64,000 bases of DNA from Vampirovibrionales bacterium (GTDB lineage Bacteria; Cyanobacteriota; Vampirovibrionia; Vampirovibrionales; JAGQHJ01): assembly GCA_025449835.1 (NCBI GenBank), contig JANWIO010000166.1:18967-82966 (forward strand), in the 5' to 3' direction. This document shows positions 37,316-47,380 of the stretch, piece by piece; position 1 is the first letter of the stretch; every line of letters begins with the position of its first letter. The notes under the pieces are model-generated. The model had not been told where the DNA came from and did not search any database. It saw only the letters and a program-made list of their open reading frames with translations. A program made the position numbers and the translations under genes.

Positions 37316-39961
37316 TTAATCGAGATCCGAAATTTCATTGAAGTGATAAAGCTGGTTAAAATATTGGTGTAATAGCCCTTCTTCTCGGCTCGGTTTCTCT
37401 TTTTGCAGGCTTTCTAAATAGTCTCGAATGGTCACAGATTCAGCAATGTTGCTCAAAGCCCGCTGAATCTCTTTTTCAGGCACTTTTAAATTCCGATCCA
37501 TACAGAGAATTCGAGCCAAATCTTTGAGGCTGGCTTCTAAGAAGGTATCCACCACATCGCCATCAAAATGGCGTTCTGATTCCAACCGAAGGATCTTCAT
37601 CACCCGATCAAAGGGCATTCTGCTTCGATACTGACGCTTTGAGGTGATAGCGTCAAAAACATCAGCAACGGCTAATATTCTGCCGCCTAAGGGAATATGT
37701 TCCCCCTTCAGATTACGAAAATAGCCGCTACCATCAATTTTTTCATGGTGCGCCGCTGCAATATCGGGAATATCGGCCAAATGCTTTTCAAAATGAATGT
37801 TTTTCAAAATGTCATGGGTGTACTGCACGTGTTGTTGGATATGCCGGTATTCATTTTCGGTTAAACGGCCCTCTTTCACCAAAACCTCTTCTTTTACCCC
37901 AATTTTACCAATGTCATGAAGCAAAGCAGCATATCTTAAGGCTTCCATCTCTTGATCTGAAAGATGCATTTTCTCACCAATCAAGACGGCATATTCCATC
38001 ACCCTTTCTGAGTGGCCTGCTGTAATCGGGTCTCTGGCATCAATAGTGGTTGAAAGGGTTTTCACAAAGCTTTCAAAGGTTACTTTCAATTCTCGATAAA
38101 GTTGTGCATTTTCAAGGGCAATCCCTGCACTAGAGGCAATGGCCACCAGCAGCTCTTCATCACTACGTCCAAAGATGGCGTTTTTCTTGTTCAACACCTG
38201 AAAAACCCCAATAATGTCTCCTTTTCGGTTCCGCATTGGCAGGCATAGCATACTTGTGGTTTTATAACCGGTTTGGCGATCCACTTCCGGATTAAATCGG
38301 GGGTCTTCGTAAGCATTTTGAACATTCAAGATCTCGCCAGTTTTGACCACATAGCCTGCAAGACCCTGATGCGCCGGAAAGCGGATTTCTTCGGTTTTAT
38401 CCAATCCAGATGCCAGCCGAGACCAAAGCTCATTGGTTTCGGCATCATATAAAAATACCGTACAACGATCGGCATGAAGGGCTCGCTCGGTTTCTTCCCG
38501 AATGAGTTGTAACAATTTATCCAAATCACGCTCGGCTGCCATGGCTTGCCCCACTTTCAGCAATGACACCAAGAAGGGAAGGCCCTGACCATGCATATGT
38601 TCTAATGCCGCATCCGGTTGTTCGGAATCTCGACTTTCCATGAGCTCCGTTAAGGCCTCCAGCAGAGAATGGCGTTTTTCAAAAATCCGCTCGTGCTTGG
38701 TTCGTTTATTAACAATCTCCTCCCAAGGAATCTCGTGGGTTCTAAAAATCTCATCTTCAATATAGGGCATCAGGTAGAACAAGCCATTTTCCTCAGCCAT
38801 CCGCAAGGCATCTAAAAAGCTGGCCAAGGCAAGTTTTTCGTTTCCGATCTCCTGATAAAATTTACCCAGCTCAAAATGCGATTTTGCAACCTCATCAATC
38901 ATATGCTCCCAACGAAACAGTTCAATGGCCTCACCAATCAGCTCAACGGGCTTTGTTGTATTCTGGGGATCAATGGCAAACTCTACCCAAGCCTGTAACC
39001 GTTTGGACATGGCCAGGCCCTTCTTAAACTGTAGTTTTTGAAAAACGGGCAATACCTCTTTTTCCAGCACTTTCATGGCTTTTTCAAATTCCCGACGGCG
39101 ATAGAGTAAATACACCTCATAAAAGCACGTCATACTATATTGAATTTTAAGATGGCGATTTTTACATTCCTGCCGAGCCTCTTCGATTAAAGTGACTGCT
39201 TCATCCTCTTTACCGCAACGTAAAAATAGACGAATCAACTCGTTTTTCAAAGAAGCTTTTCGTTTTTCATCTTTTAAAGCCGCACAAATCTCTAATGAAC
39301 GCTGCAAATGTTGGTACGCCAGTTCAAAATCTTCGTACAGCAAATGAAGTCGGCCTAAAATTTGGCACGTCACAGCAATTTCATGAATGGGCTCTTTGAG
39401 GTGAGTTTTAATGAGAAGCGCCGATTTTAGGTATCGAATCGCCCGATGAAAATCACCCGTCCGCTCATAATGCACCCCCAGGCTATCATAAAGCTTTGCG
39501 GCTTCAAGCCCTTGGGGATCACAAAAAGTGAGGCCCTGTTTAAAATATTTCAAAGCCGGTCCAAATTGCTCTGCCTGATAAAGCAGTAACCCTCGATAGT
39601 GCAAAAGCCTGGATCGGGCTTCATTCATGCCGGTTAAGGAGCCATGGGTCTCTAAAAGCCCTTCGGCATCTCGAAACATTTTTTCGCTCCTGGCCCGCTC
39701 TTGGGTTGAGCCATACAACCAAGCCAATTCAATCATGGCACAAGTAATCCCCAGGACATTTTTCTGTTGTTGAAAAAGACGAAACGCCTTTTCAACAACA
39801 TCAGTGGCTTGGGGAATCTCTTTTTTAAACCGAAGCACCATGCCTTTTTGTAACGCTTCGGTTGCAGCACCAGGAGGTAAAGCACCTTGCCCTTGTAACG
39901 CAATATTCTGGCTATCTGAAGAATCAATAAACGTGCTCATATCAAAAGGGATCTTTTTCAC
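37316..39961 (-). CDS. Large TPR-GAF-HD-GYP-type c-di-GMP phosphodiesterase-like protein (variant HHEKIDGSGYF motif)
   Basis: N-terminal TPR-like repeats, a central GAF region, and C-terminal HDIGKIGV plus HHEKIDGSGYF (GYF instead of GYP). Confidence 0.8.
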   Translation of the reverse strand: MKKIPFDMSTFIDSSDSQNIALQGQGALPPGAATEALQKGMVLRFKKEIPQATDVVEKAFRLFQQQKNVLGITCAMIELAWLYGSTQERARSEKMFRDAEGLLETHGSLTGMNEARSRLLHYRGLLLYQAEQFGPALKYFKQGLTFCDPQGLEAAKLYDSLGVHYERTGDFHRAIRYLKSALLIKTHLKEPIHEIAVTCQILGRLHLLYEDFELAYQHLQRSLEICAALKDEKRKASLKNELIRLFLRCGKEDEAVTLIEEARQECKNRHLKIQYSMTCFYEVYLLYRRREFEKAMKVLEKEVLPVFQKLQFKKGLAMSKRLQAWVEFAIDPQNTTKPVELIGEAIELFRWEHMIDEVAKSHFELGKFYQEIGNEKLALASFLDALRMAEENGLFYLMPYIEDEIFRTHEIPWEEIVNKRTKHERIFEKRHSLLEALTELMESRDSEQPDAALEHMHGQGLPFLVSLLKVGQAMAAERDLDKLLQLIREETERALHADRCTVFLYDAETNELWSRLASGLDKTEEIRFPAHQGLAGYVVKTGEILNVQNAYEDPRFNPEVDRQTGYKTTSMLCLPMRNRKGDIIGVFQVLNKKNAIFGRSDEELLVAIASSAGIALENAQLYRELKVTFESFVKTLSTTIDARDPITAGHSERVMEYAVLIGEKMHLSDQEMEALRYAALLHDIGKIGVKEEVLVKEGRLTENEYRHIQQHVQYTHDILKNIHFEKHLADIPDIAAAHHEKIDGSGYFRNLKGEHIPLGGRILAVADVFDAITSKRQYRSRMPFDRVMKILRLESERHFDGDVVDTFLEASLKDLARILCMDRNLKVPEKEIQRALSNIAESVTIRDYLESLQKEKPSREEGLLHQYFNQLYHFNEISDLD

Positions 39962-40051
39962 TCCTTATTTTCATTATCGATCAGATGTCATAAAAATTGA
40001 GTTGATAAAAGTCTTTGCATAAAATCAATCCCTGATTTTCTCAACCCAACA

Positions 40052-41674
40052 ATGGCCCCAAAAGGTCTAAAACAAGATTTCTCCAGATACAAAAAAGCGC
40101 CCTGTAAAAATATCCTCCAATGCCATTATTTCCATTATAATGGTGTGCAGGGTACTGCTAGAAAGATAAAACGATTGTCTTCACCAAATCAAACTGATAA
40201 TAAGGTTCTTCTCATCAGCACACAAAAGAGCCTGATTCAAAAAATATCGGCCCTGATGACCTCTGATTTTCAAGAGTTGGCTCTGGAAATTGCTGAAGCA
40301 GGGAGCAATGGCCTCACTCAAATTTATCATCACCCCCCTCGCTTGATTATTGTGGATAGCACTTTGCCCGATATCAGCGGATTGCAGATTTGTCGGGTTT
40401 TAAAGCATGATCCAGCCCTCCGCAAGCTACCCCTCATGCTTATTACCAAAGCCTTAAAAAAAGAATATGACAGATTGGGTGAACTGACCCTGATTGCAGA
40501 CGCCTTTTTGGAAGAGAAAAAAATCAACACGGCTTTTTGTACGGAAATCAAAATGCTCCTGAACCTGTTTAAGGGACTTGATGCTTCAGAACAACAACAA
40601 ATTCGACTCCTGCAACAAGACGCCGTACAGGTTGAACCCTTAAATCGGTTGGTTCAGCTCCTTGATCAATCCATTACAGAAACCACTTTAATGAATGCCT
40701 TCCAAAAGCTTTTCGACCTCGCCCCCTCAAAAAATATTCTGCATCATATGCTTTTTAGCCTCATGGAAACTGTTTTGGATTACGACGCAGCTGGGATTTT
40801 CTTTAACGATAAAACACGGGATACCCGTTTAATCACGTATCATCTGACCGATCAGGTGGCAATGAAAGATCAACAACTCCAAGAGTGGACAGACCAGGTT
40901 TTTGAGGAGCTCAAAAAGCAATCAAACGATCCTGCTCTGGAAATTCGTCCCTATCGCTATGAAACCATCTCTTCCAACATTTCTCCCGATACACCTGTAA
41001 AAACATCTAGCCTCAAACATCATTATCTTTACCCCTTTTTCATCGAAAACACCCTTGTTGGCGCCGTTGTCTTCTTAAATAAACAAAAAGTCAATTACGA
41101 TATCATCTTTCCCTTTTCTTTGCTGCTCCAGGAAATAAGCACTTTAATGCGGCTAAGGCATTACTATACAGAAGCGGAGATGCTCTCTATCTCCGACCCG
41201 TTAACAGGACTTTATACACACCAGCATTTTAGCTGGTCTCTTGATCGGGAGGTTCGCCAATCCAAACGGCATCAAACGCCCCTCACCCTGGTGATGATCA
41301 GCATCAATGATTTCCGGGAATTAAATACCCAGTGGGGTCATGCAATGGGAGATGAAGCGGTTAAGACCTTAGCACAACATGTGCAACAGAATGTTAGAAG
41401 CATTGACTACCTAGCACGTGCAGGAGGACGCAGCATTTTGGGGCTGTTCCCGAATACCTCTGCAAAAGATACCATGCATGCCCTCAAACGAATCCAAAAG
41501 TGGGTTTCAAGCAATCCGCTGACCTGGAAAGATTCAAAAATCTCTTTCAATTTAAGTATTGGCCTTGTAGAACTCAATGATTCCATCAATAACGCTTCAG
41601 AATTTATTGCCGCTGCAGAATCTGCAGTGGAGAATGCACGACAAAAAGGGGATAATATCGTTAAACACGTTTAG
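40052..41674 (+). CDS. Pseudo-receiver plus degenerate GGDEF protein (GGRSI in place of GGEEF, RxxD I-site retained); likely a c-di-GMP receptor rather than a cyclase
   Basis: Receiver-like region lacks the N-terminal acidic pair (KVLLISTQKS). GGDEF fold (DPLTGLYTHQHF...GHAMGDEAV...RSIDYLARAGGRSILGLFP). Confidence 0.75.
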   Translation: MAPKGLKQDFSRYKKAPCKNILQCHYFHYNGVQGTARKIKRLSSPNQTDNKVLLISTQKSLIQKISALMTSDFQELALEIAEAGSNGLTQIYHHPPRLIIVDSTLPDISGLQICRVLKHDPALRKLPLMLITKALKKEYDRLGELTLIADAFLEEKKINTAFCTEIKMLLNLFKGLDASEQQQIRLLQQDAVQVEPLNRLVQLLDQSITETTLMNAFQKLFDLAPSKNILHHMLFSLMETVLDYDAAGIFFNDKTRDTRLITYHLTDQVAMKDQQLQEWTDQVFEELKKQSNDPALEIRPYRYETISSNISPDTPVKTSSLKHHYLYPFFIENTLVGAVVFLNKQKVNYDIIFPFSLLLQEISTLMRLRHYYTEAEMLSISDPLTGLYTHQHFSWSLDREVRQSKRHQTPLTLVMISINDFRELNTQWGHAMGDEAVKTLAQHVQQNVRSIDYLARAGGRSILGLFPNTSAKDTMHALKRIQKWVSSNPLTWKDSKISFNLSIGLVELNDSINNASEFIAAAESAVENARQKGDNIVKHV

Positions 41675-41704
41675 CGTTTCTTGTCTTAAAAACACCGTCG
41701 GTTT

Positions 41705-42829
41705 ATGGTACTTTTCCAAATAATGACCAATACACAGCCACAACTTTCAACCCAATTGAGTGAAGATGTTCAAGATATTCTTCACTACGCCAAAAAGGCC
41801 GCTGCAAAAGATAAAAGCGCTGTGGTGACCGATCGCTATTTTCTAGCGGGCCTCTCCGAAATCAACCGGCTTTTTACCCATCTGGATGCCCTGCTCAAAA
41901 CTGCTGGGGTTCCACCCAAGAAGCTCTTTCAAGCTTATAAGGTAAACCAAAAAGGCTTTCAAGATTATCATGAGCCTGAAACGATTACGGCAAAGGCAAC
42001 GCAATTTGCATTAGAGGCTGCTTCAAAAGAAGAAACACCCCCTAAAAAAGTAAAAGTACAGATAGAGCATGTCTTGTTTGCACTTTCTGATTCACCGGAC
42101 CCATGCGTGAAAGCGGTTTTATCCCAAGCCGGACTCAATCGAGAGAAGCTTGAAAAAGCCATTCCTCAGGTGGAAGCAAAATCGCCGCTTCGGATTGTTT
42201 TTTATTGCATTCGTGAAACCTTAGAAGTTGTTGCAGTTGTCATTTTTTTATTGATTGTGATTAAGCAGGGGTTTGGGGAGTTTCGACTCATTCCCTCCGA
42301 ATCTATGCTACCCACATTGCATGTGGGTGATCGATTGGCAGTTGAAAAGGTATCCCATTGGTTTCGCCCCATCCATCGTGGCGATATCATGGTATTTTAT
42401 CCACCCCCACCCGAATCAACCCTGCCGCATGATCCGTGGAATGTGTTTCTTCGGTTAACAGGTTTTTCAGGCATTGTTTACAACAAAGACAGCCGGATTG
42501 ATACCGCTTACATCAAGCGAGTTATTGGGTTACCGGGAGATACACTTGAGGTAAAACCAGGCCAAGGCGTTTTTATTGATGGGCATCTTTTAAAAGAGCC
42601 TTATAAAACTGGGGTTTCCCAAATTTGTACCTTTATTGATTATTGCGGCCCCATCCAAGTGCCGCCTCATAGCTATTTCATGATGGGAGACAACAGAAAT
42701 CACAGTGCAGACAGTAGGTATTGGGGATTTATGCCTGAGAACCGTGTCATTGGCCGCGCAATTTTTCGGTTTTATCCATTCGACAATCGTATGGGCGTTT
42801 TTCAGACACCGCATTATTCTGTAAAATGA
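41705..42829 (+). CDS. lepB: Signal peptidase I with a ~160-aa cytoplasmic N-terminal extension resembling two Clp-N-type repeats
   Basis: SPase I boxes (IPSESMLPTL Ser, YIKRVIGLPGD Lys, GDNRNHSADSRYWG). Single TM. N-terminal repeats VTDRYFLAGLSEINRL and IEHVLFALSDSPD. Confidence 0.8.
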   Translation: MVLFQIMTNTQPQLSTQLSEDVQDILHYAKKAAAKDKSAVVTDRYFLAGLSEINRLFTHLDALLKTAGVPPKKLFQAYKVNQKGFQDYHEPETITAKATQFALEAASKEETPPKKVKVQIEHVLFALSDSPDPCVKAVLSQAGLNREKLEKAIPQVEAKSPLRIVFYCIRETLEVVAVVIFLLIVIKQGFGEFRLIPSESMLPTLHVGDRLAVEKVSHWFRPIHRGDIMVFYPPPPESTLPHDPWNVFLRLTGFSGIVYNKDSRIDTAYIKRVIGLPGDTLEVKPGQGVFIDGHLLKEPYKTGVSQICTFIDYCGPIQVPPHSYFMMGDNRNHSADSRYWGFMPENRVIGRAIFRFYPFDNRMGVFQTPHYSVK

Positions 42830-42946
42830 AATCCCTCACCTAGCCGATGAAAAACCCTTTAGAACCGATAAGGTATAAGCTATAATGATCATGTCTTTTT
42901 TGATATGATTTTGATGTATGTAAAAAAGAGGTTTTGATTCCGTCCC

Positions 42947-43462
42947 TTGTCAATGATTGAATTATTTGTAATGGGAATTGCCCTGGACACAAGGACAGGC
43001 ACCCCAATTGTTGTTTTAAATGATGCTGAAAACCGTCGAGCGCTCCCCATCTGGATTGGAACGGCAGAAGCCAGCGCAATTATTCGGCAACTGGAAAACA
43101 TTAAGTCCGCCCGCCCAATGACCCACGACTTAATGTTTAATATGCTCACCCAGTTGGGTTATCGCGTAACCCGCATTGAAATTAATGATCTGAATTCTGA
43201 TACCTACTACGCCAGCATTTATATTGAGGATCCGGCTGGTACAGAAAGTATTGTTGATTCTCGTCCCTCTGATGCAATTGCCTTGGCACTAAGGGCAGAG
43301 GCTACCATTTTTGCAACCGCCAATGTGGTTGCAGATGGCACAATTTCCACTGATCAAGCCCGTGATGAAGCTGAAGCAGAGGAGTTTCGCGAGTTTATTC
43401 AAGATATTAAGCCGTCTGATTTTAAATTTCGCTTTGGCGACGATATTGAATCCAATCAATAA
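42947..43462 (+). CDS. Bifunctional nuclease family (BFN/DUF151) protein
   Basis: PIVVLNDAENRRALPIWIGTAEASAI...RPMTHDLMFNML matches the DUF151 core. Confidence 0.7.
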   Translation: MSMIELFVMGIALDTRTGTPIVVLNDAENRRALPIWIGTAEASAIIRQLENIKSARPMTHDLMFNMLTQLGYRVTRIEINDLNSDTYYASIYIEDPAGTESIVDSRPSDAIALALRAEATIFATANVVADGTISTDQARDEAEAEEFREFIQDIKPSDFKFRFGDDIESNQ

Positions 43463-43470
43463 GCTGTCTG

Positions 43471-44235
43471 TTACTCAGCATTGATAGTTGATAATGGCTC
43501 CGCTTCAGGGGCGTGGTTTTGTAAAAGTAATTTCATCGCCAAATAGCCAATAGGTGTAATGTAGTCAGCACTGTTCCCTCCTTCACCTTGAGCACTGGTG
43601 CCATGCTCAATGATACCGATGGAACTTAGATGGCTATCAATAGAAATCGGCATTCCCACTGCTGGCATTTTTCCACCATTGTCCGCCATGAGTTTTTGAA
43701 AAAATGGATCTTTTGCAAAACGAGGGGGAAGCTTTTTCCTATCCTCCCAAGGCAAAACAAACAGTATAGACCCATTCCCCTCATAATCCACTTGTTTACG
43801 CAGTTGAAGCGCCCAATCAGTATGATCAACTCGTAATGGGCTTAAGGGCTGTTGTGGCTTCTTCATAAAAAATCTTTTCAATAGATTTTGGTGATGATAC
43901 ACCATTAACGCTTTTTGATAGTTTTGTAACGCTTTATCTGCATCTTTAAATTGCGCATCAATCAGCTCAACGAGGCTCCGAATAATCTGAATCCCTTTAA
44001 TATTGCCGTAGTCTGCGTTGGCAATCTCTTTTAGCTCTGACTGAAGCGCTAGAACCTCTTGGGATTTCTCAAAGGAGGCTTTCCGAACTTTACGAACCCA
44101 TCGAATGGGCTGGCCCGAAAACCGAACAGAGTCACCCGTGGGTTGTGGATTAGAGGATAACCGATTTTGAGTGAAAGACCTCGGTTGTTTTAAAGTACTT
44201 TGGATTCCCCTGTTTGCATTAATGCGGATAACCAT
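43471..44235 (-). CDS. Hypothetical protein (254 aa)
   Basis: ORF only. Confidence 0.4.
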   Translation of the reverse strand: MVIRINANRGIQSTLKQPRSFTQNRLSSNPQPTGDSVRFSGQPIRWVRKVRKASFEKSQEVLALQSELKEIANADYGNIKGIQIIRSLVELIDAQFKDADKALQNYQKALMVYHHQNLLKRFFMKKPQQPLSPLRVDHTDWALQLRKQVDYEGNGSILFVLPWEDRKKLPPRFAKDPFFQKLMADNGGKMPAVGMPISIDSHLSSIGIIEHGTSAQGEGGNSADYITPIGYLAMKLLLQNHAPEAEPLSTINAE

Positions 44236-44385
44236 TTCAAACCTCCTTCAACACACCTTACACCATTGTCCCCTTAGGGTTTTAGAATGGAGGTCATGCT
44301 ATCACGACTTCATCCAGCAAAACAAATCTTGAGTTGGTCACTCAAAATTATGAAAAGTCTATGCTTTTGATCTTTATGAAAGAAA

Positions 44386-45315
44386 TTAATAAACTTCAAC
44401 TCGCCAACGTTTTTCAGCATTATATTTTGCAAGAAGCTCGTTCCAGTCGAGACCTCTCTCACGAGCGGCAGCGGTTAGGGCTTCTAAAATGCCATTCTCC
44501 ATACCCCGAAGACCACAAATATAGACATAGGTATTGGGCTGTAATAACAGATCCATTAACGCTTGCCGATGCTCGGTTAGCCGATTTTGCACATACATTT
44601 TATCGCCATCAGCAGTCTTTTGTTCCCGGCTAAAGGCCGTTACCAAGTGATAGTCTTCATATTTTTCATAGCTTTCCAGCTCTTCCGCATAGAGATAATC
44701 AGAGTAATGCTGTACGCCAAAAAACAACCATGTTTGGCCTTTATCGGCAACCCGTTGTTGATATCGGGTCCGTAAAAAAGCCCGAAAGGGTGCAATACCG
44801 GTACCAGTGGCAATCATGACAATATTGGCATCTTTGACTTCGGGTAATAAAAAGGCTTTCCCCGCAGGACCCGTCACCGCTACCTCATCACCCACGTTGA
44901 GATCACACAAATAATTAGAACAAACCCCTCGGCGCTCTTCACCCGTTTCGGGATCGTTATACACAACCCGTTTTACACATAAACTCAGGCTTGTACCATC
45001 CCCTTGATCGCCATCCCCAGGAGATGCAATGGAATAAAGACGAATTTTATGAGGTTTACCCGCCGGATCGGTTCCAGGGGGAACAATCCCTGCACTTTGA
45101 CCATCCAAGTAGCGGTAATCTGTTTTGGCGAATTGAAAAACAATGTGATGCACATCATTGGGAGAGCTATCTCCCGTCAGCCTTCTATTTTCTACCACTT
45201 TTACTTTTAAAGGGGCAGCCTGCTTATACAAATTAAACGGAATTTCTGTCGGGGCATAGGGGGCTGAATCTTGGCCAAAGGTCACTGTATCACTCATTTT
45301 TCCAAAGCACTCCAC
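44386..45315 (-). CDS. Plant-type ferredoxin-NADP+ reductase
   Basis: FAD-binding RLYSIASP motif, GTGIAPFRAF NADP motif, C-terminal ...VEVY. Confidence 0.85.
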   Translation of the reverse strand: MECFGKMSDTVTFGQDSAPYAPTEIPFNLYKQAAPLKVKVVENRRLTGDSSPNDVHHIVFQFAKTDYRYLDGQSAGIVPPGTDPAGKPHKIRLYSIASPGDGDQGDGTSLSLCVKRVVYNDPETGEERRGVCSNYLCDLNVGDEVAVTGPAGKAFLLPEVKDANIVMIATGTGIAPFRAFLRTRYQQRVADKGQTWLFFGVQHYSDYLYAEELESYEKYEDYHLVTAFSREQKTADGDKMYVQNRLTEHRQALMDLLLQPNTYVYICGLRGMENGILEALTAAARERGLDWNELLAKYNAEKRWRVEVY

Positions 45316-45493
45316 TCATGAACATCGTTTTTTCTATAGTAACACGGAAAAGCGCTCTGTGACTATGGACCAACTGCTGTATTCCGTTTATGCAGAAGCG
45401 CCTTTTTCAAAAAATGAGGCAAGATGCCTCAAATGTAAACGCCGCTTCATCAGGAATTACCCAAGAAGAGAGGTTCTGTACTAGAATAGAGTT

Positions 45494-47188
45494 ATGTTAA
45501 TCCGGTTGACCCTGCAAAATATTGCCATTATCGAAACCCTGGATCTGGAGTTTCAGGGGGGACTTAATGTGCTGACGGGCGAAACGGGGTCAGGGAAAAG
45601 CTTAATCCTAGAGGCGATTCATCGGGTATTTGATAAACGAACCAGTCCAAAAGACTTGTTGCGTCATGGCACCAGCCGAGGGCGCATTGAAATCACGTTT
45701 GACTTGAGTCGGATTCATAACCGGCAACAGATTGAAGCACTTCTTCAGGAAGCAGGCGTTGAACTGTTACCTGAAGAAAACGAATTGGTGTTGGGTCGGG
45801 AGTTTTCACTTTCCAGCAGTCGGTGTCGGGTGAACGGATGCCAAGTTCCTTTGGATCTGATGGCCCGATTAGGCACCTTGGTGATGGAAATTTATGGCCA
45901 GCATGATCTTCATGATCTTTTTTCCACAGCCCGTCAACGAGACTTGCTGGACAATTTAGGCGGAGATCCCTTATTAAAACTTCGCCAAGAAATTCGCCAA
46001 ACCTTTCGGGGACTTCAGAAATTAAAAGCCGAAATGAACGCCCTTAGGCAACAACAACAGGATCAGGAGCGTCAAATTGATTTTCTCACCTTCCAAATCC
46101 AAGAAATTGCTCAAGCGGAACTGATGGCCCCAGATGAAGATGAAGGCCTTCAAAAAGAGCGAGAAAGGCTAACCCATTGTGAGACTTTGCGTCAGGCGGT
46201 TTTAGCATCCAATTACGTTCTCCAGGGAGACGATCACGGCGAGACACCCTCTGTTTTTAAACTTTTGGGGCAGATTCAAAAAACATTAAGTCATGGAACA
46301 GCCTTGGATCCCCAACTCAACCGTTGGTACGAAAGCATGGCTGAGATTCAAGAGCAACTGAGAAGCATTGCGCATGAGTTTTCACACTATGAATCCTCCC
46401 TAGACAGCCGCCCTGAAAGAATGCAAGAAATTGTGGATCGCCTCGATACCTTGGAAAAACTCAAGCGAAAATATGGGGGATCTCTGGAGTCTGTTTTAAA
46501 AACCGCCGTTTCTCTCGAAGCGCAGCTTGAAGCCTTGCAACAAAATGACATTTATTTAACCCAGCTTGAAACCCAATGCCAAAACGAAGAAAGCCGCTAT
46601 ACCCAGCTTTGCCTCGCCTTATCCGAACTACGGCAAAAACTGGCACAGTCCTTAGAAGAAACCATTTCTGAAGAACTCAAAACCCTCATGCTGCCAGCAG
46701 CCCAATTTCAAATTCAAATAATCCCCAGCCCAGCCACTGAAAATGGCCAAGATCAAATTACATTTTTATTCTCAGCCAATCCCGGCGAACCCTTAAAACC
46801 CCTTTCTCAGGTTGCTAGCGGCGGCGAACTGGCCAGACTGATGCTGGCATTAAAAATCCAAACAGCTCATGCTGATTCCTTAACCACCCTGGTTTTAGAT
46901 GAAATTGACACCGGAATGAGTGGCTTAGCCGTAAGAACCGTTGCGGAAAAATTATGTGCCCTCCAACATCATTGTCAGATTATTGTGGTGACCCATCAGC
47001 CTATTGTGGCAGCCAAGGCCCAATGGCATTTACATGTTCAAAAGCACCTCCATCAGGATAAAGTAGAGGTTAATGTTCATCCATTAACCCACCGGGAGGA
47101 GCGGAAAACTGTTTTAAGCCAATTGGCCTCTGGTTTTACAGAAGGGGACGCCATTACGGCGCAATTTATTGAACAGCTTTTAGTGTAA
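45494..47188 (+). CDS. recN: DNA repair protein RecN
   Basis: N-terminal Walker A GETGSGKSLILEAI, long coiled coil, C-terminal signature/Walker B region. Confidence 0.9.
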   Translation: MLIRLTLQNIAIIETLDLEFQGGLNVLTGETGSGKSLILEAIHRVFDKRTSPKDLLRHGTSRGRIEITFDLSRIHNRQQIEALLQEAGVELLPEENELVLGREFSLSSSRCRVNGCQVPLDLMARLGTLVMEIYGQHDLHDLFSTARQRDLLDNLGGDPLLKLRQEIRQTFRGLQKLKAEMNALRQQQQDQERQIDFLTFQIQEIAQAELMAPDEDEGLQKERERLTHCETLRQAVLASNYVLQGDDHGETPSVFKLLGQIQKTLSHGTALDPQLNRWYESMAEIQEQLRSIAHEFSHYESSLDSRPERMQEIVDRLDTLEKLKRKYGGSLESVLKTAVSLEAQLEALQQNDIYLTQLETQCQNEESRYTQLCLALSELRQKLAQSLEETISEELKTLMLPAAQFQIQIIPSPATENGQDQITFLFSANPGEPLKPLSQVASGGELARLMLALKIQTAHADSLTTLVLDEIDTGMSGLAVRTVAEKLCALQHHCQIIVVTHQPIVAAKAQWHLHVQKHLHQDKVEVNVHPLTHREERKTVLSQLASGFTEGDAITAQFIEQLLV

Positions 47189-47380
47189 ATTGGGGTTCAA
47201 TTTTAACCGTCTTCAAACCCTGATTTTTTCAGGCTTCTAAAGCATTTTTCAGATTTAATTATTTTTTAATATATCTTAATTGTATATAAATTTGTAACGA
47301 TTTTTTCTATTCTTTCAAGCGACGTTATCTCATCGCCGATACGTTCCCCACGGTAAGTTAGGAACTGAGAAGAGATACGT

